A stretch of 64,000 nt of DNA. Origin: Macrostomum lignano. Lineage: Eukaryota. The stretch lies in contig NIVC01002472.1 of NCBI GenBank assembly GCA_002269645.1, forward strand, positions 1-64,000. Reading direction: 5' to 3'. The notes beneath the pieces were generated by a model. The model saw only the letters and a list, made by a program, of their open reading frames with translations. It made no database searches and was not told the DNA's origin. The first letter of the stretch is position 1, and each line of letters starts with the position of its first letter. The position numbers were made by a program, and so were the translations under genes. Below, in pieces: positions 62,156 through 64,000 of this stretch.

Positions 62156-64000
62156 ATGTTAAACTAACAAAACACTTCACTGACCTTCTTCACGTCAGCG
62201 TACACTGGCAAGCTCGTGTGCGCTTCTATTGCAACTGAAATAAAGAACAGAAAAAACACTTCTTAATTAGGTTATAAAATTTTAATTTTACTAAATGATT
62301 CAGCGACGCTCACCAGATGCCTCCACTGCTTCTTCAATTTCTTCATCGTCCTCGTCATCCTCTTCCTCATCTTCGGCTGGATTTTGGTTACTGTCTTCCT
62401 CCATCATTGACTGGATTCTGGCATATCTAGTAGGTAATATTGTTATGGAATATGGTATGATAAAATCATTTATTAGTTTTAAAGATGAGCAGAAACATAC
62501 CCCGGTTCATCCATCAACTCGTCAATCGGTTCGGGCACTTCCTCCTTTTTTGCAACGGGAGGATTCTAGAATTTTTCAAAGTTATTTCCAATTGATTCAA
62601 TTCATGGCATAGATGAGGTCAAGTTGCTTTTCTAACAAGAAGATGGGTTTATACTTGAAAGGTTTTTTCATATATTAATTAGGTAACCAACTGTTGTTAC
62701 CCAAATGAGTTAAATACCATATAAACCATTTTTTGGTATGCCTTAAAATGCTTTGACTTATGTATGATATTGGAATAATAACTGTAAACATTTTATTTAC
62801 TATATAACACTTACTATTGAACTTTTTCAAATTTAACATTCAATATTTTTTAAAATCATATAAGCATTGTGTTGCATGTATTACAATTTCTTAAGGATTT
62901 ATATAGTAATTAGTTTGCCATTTAGAGATTATTTCGCATATCTGTTTTTATTTTCACAGTAAAAGATACTAAATGCTAAATCAAGTTATCATATTTGAAT
63001 GCACTGAATTATAGTTGTAGCTCTTGATAATGACATGGTGTATTTAAGGTCAAAGAAAAAGAGTTTAGCATATTTAAATTAAATTATTTATTTTTAAGAA
63101 CCTATTTAGTACACTTATAAATTAAACATAGGCGACTTCTCAAACTATTTTTAATAAATTGATGCATCCTGGGTAACTGCTGTTTGATTTTGGATAACTG
63201 CTGCTTGACTCCAACTAAATAAAGCCCACAAGCTTGATTTTTCACCTAAACCCTATTACTGTGCAATAATTTCTAAGCGAATGGGAATAATCTTTAAAAG
63301 AAACCAATTAAGACTTACTGCTGGTTCGGAAGGCTTCTTATGCCTTTTCATGCAATTGAATGGTGAAAGTTTCTGCGCCATTTTACTGCAGTTAACACAA
63401 AATAAGCTTAGTCACTAGAGCACTTAATGGACAGCATAAACACAGTGATATGCGCGAAAATATTTAAAATCTGGAATGAAGAAACATCTTGTCCTAGTTA
63501 ACAATACAGAAATAAAAAAGAATTCGCAGTTTATTCCTGGTAACTACTCTAAACCGAATAGAAAATTTGTAAACAAGTTACTTTAACTGGTTCTAAACTT
63601 TAGAATAAAAAAATTATTTTAAATTTTATAGCACTACTAAAACAAGAAAGAATCACTCGGAAAATACTAAACAACAAATCGTAATCTGAGGTTTTGTTAA
63701 ACCTCCTTAACAAGATATGCTTCAAAGCCGCCTAAAATTTTAAATATATTACAGTTAAATTTATGATATACACAAAAAAATATGGGAAAAAAAACTTACC
63801 GCTACAACGGATACGAATGATATACAATCTATTTATAACCATGTCCAACAGGAAATGTATAGCTACAGTTTAATCTATGAACACGCCATGTATGTTATTT
63901 ATATACCGGTACAAAATGCATTGAATTCAATTTTAGAAGGCATCCCATATCCTTTAGCATTTTATGTTGCAAAATTGTCTAATATGCTACTTAGTTAAAC

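Noticed and set aside
63130-63385. Possible first exons of CEP89 (MAQKLSPF...KKPSEPA|GT)
   Set aside because: It needs a frameshift, lacks similarity to the CEP89 N-terminus as I recall it, and the region is far more AT-rich than the confirmed exons.

Overview
Eukaryotic (invertebrate animal) genomic DNA. GC-rich exons with minisatellite-filled introns and F-type lectin/PAN genes are reminiscent of a Macrostomum-like flatworm (inference only). Bases 1 to about 7.4 kb are an AT-rich, intronless, single-strand gene cluster from an endogenous Polinton/adintovirus-like dsDNA virus. It encodes a parvovirus-type PLA2 fused in frame to a retroviral-like integrase, two small putative virion proteins, a double-jelly-roll major capsid protein, an A32/FtsK packaging ATPase, a conserved 243-aa protein, a penton, an adenain-like protease and a fibre-like repeat protein that runs off the window. 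No DNA polymerase B gene is visible. Almost every viral ORF starts within the same TAAAAATG motif. An intronless M13/neprilysin gene lies next to the virus. Then come two tandem F-type-lectin+PAN gene copies (one dead, one apparently intact), separated by an RT-deleted BEL/Pao LTR element carrying a nested solo LTR. The rest holds a 21-exon, about 1550-aa coiled-coil gene (PMFBP1/CCDC18-like) with a distinct tandem repeat in most introns, a 4-exon GTP cyclohydrolase I gene and a minus-strand CEP89 gene. Three CORE-type tRNA SINEs, hAT MITEs, a Gypsy remnant and many satellites are interspersed. Several single-base frameshifts fall in homopolymers and may be assembly errors rather than real lesions.
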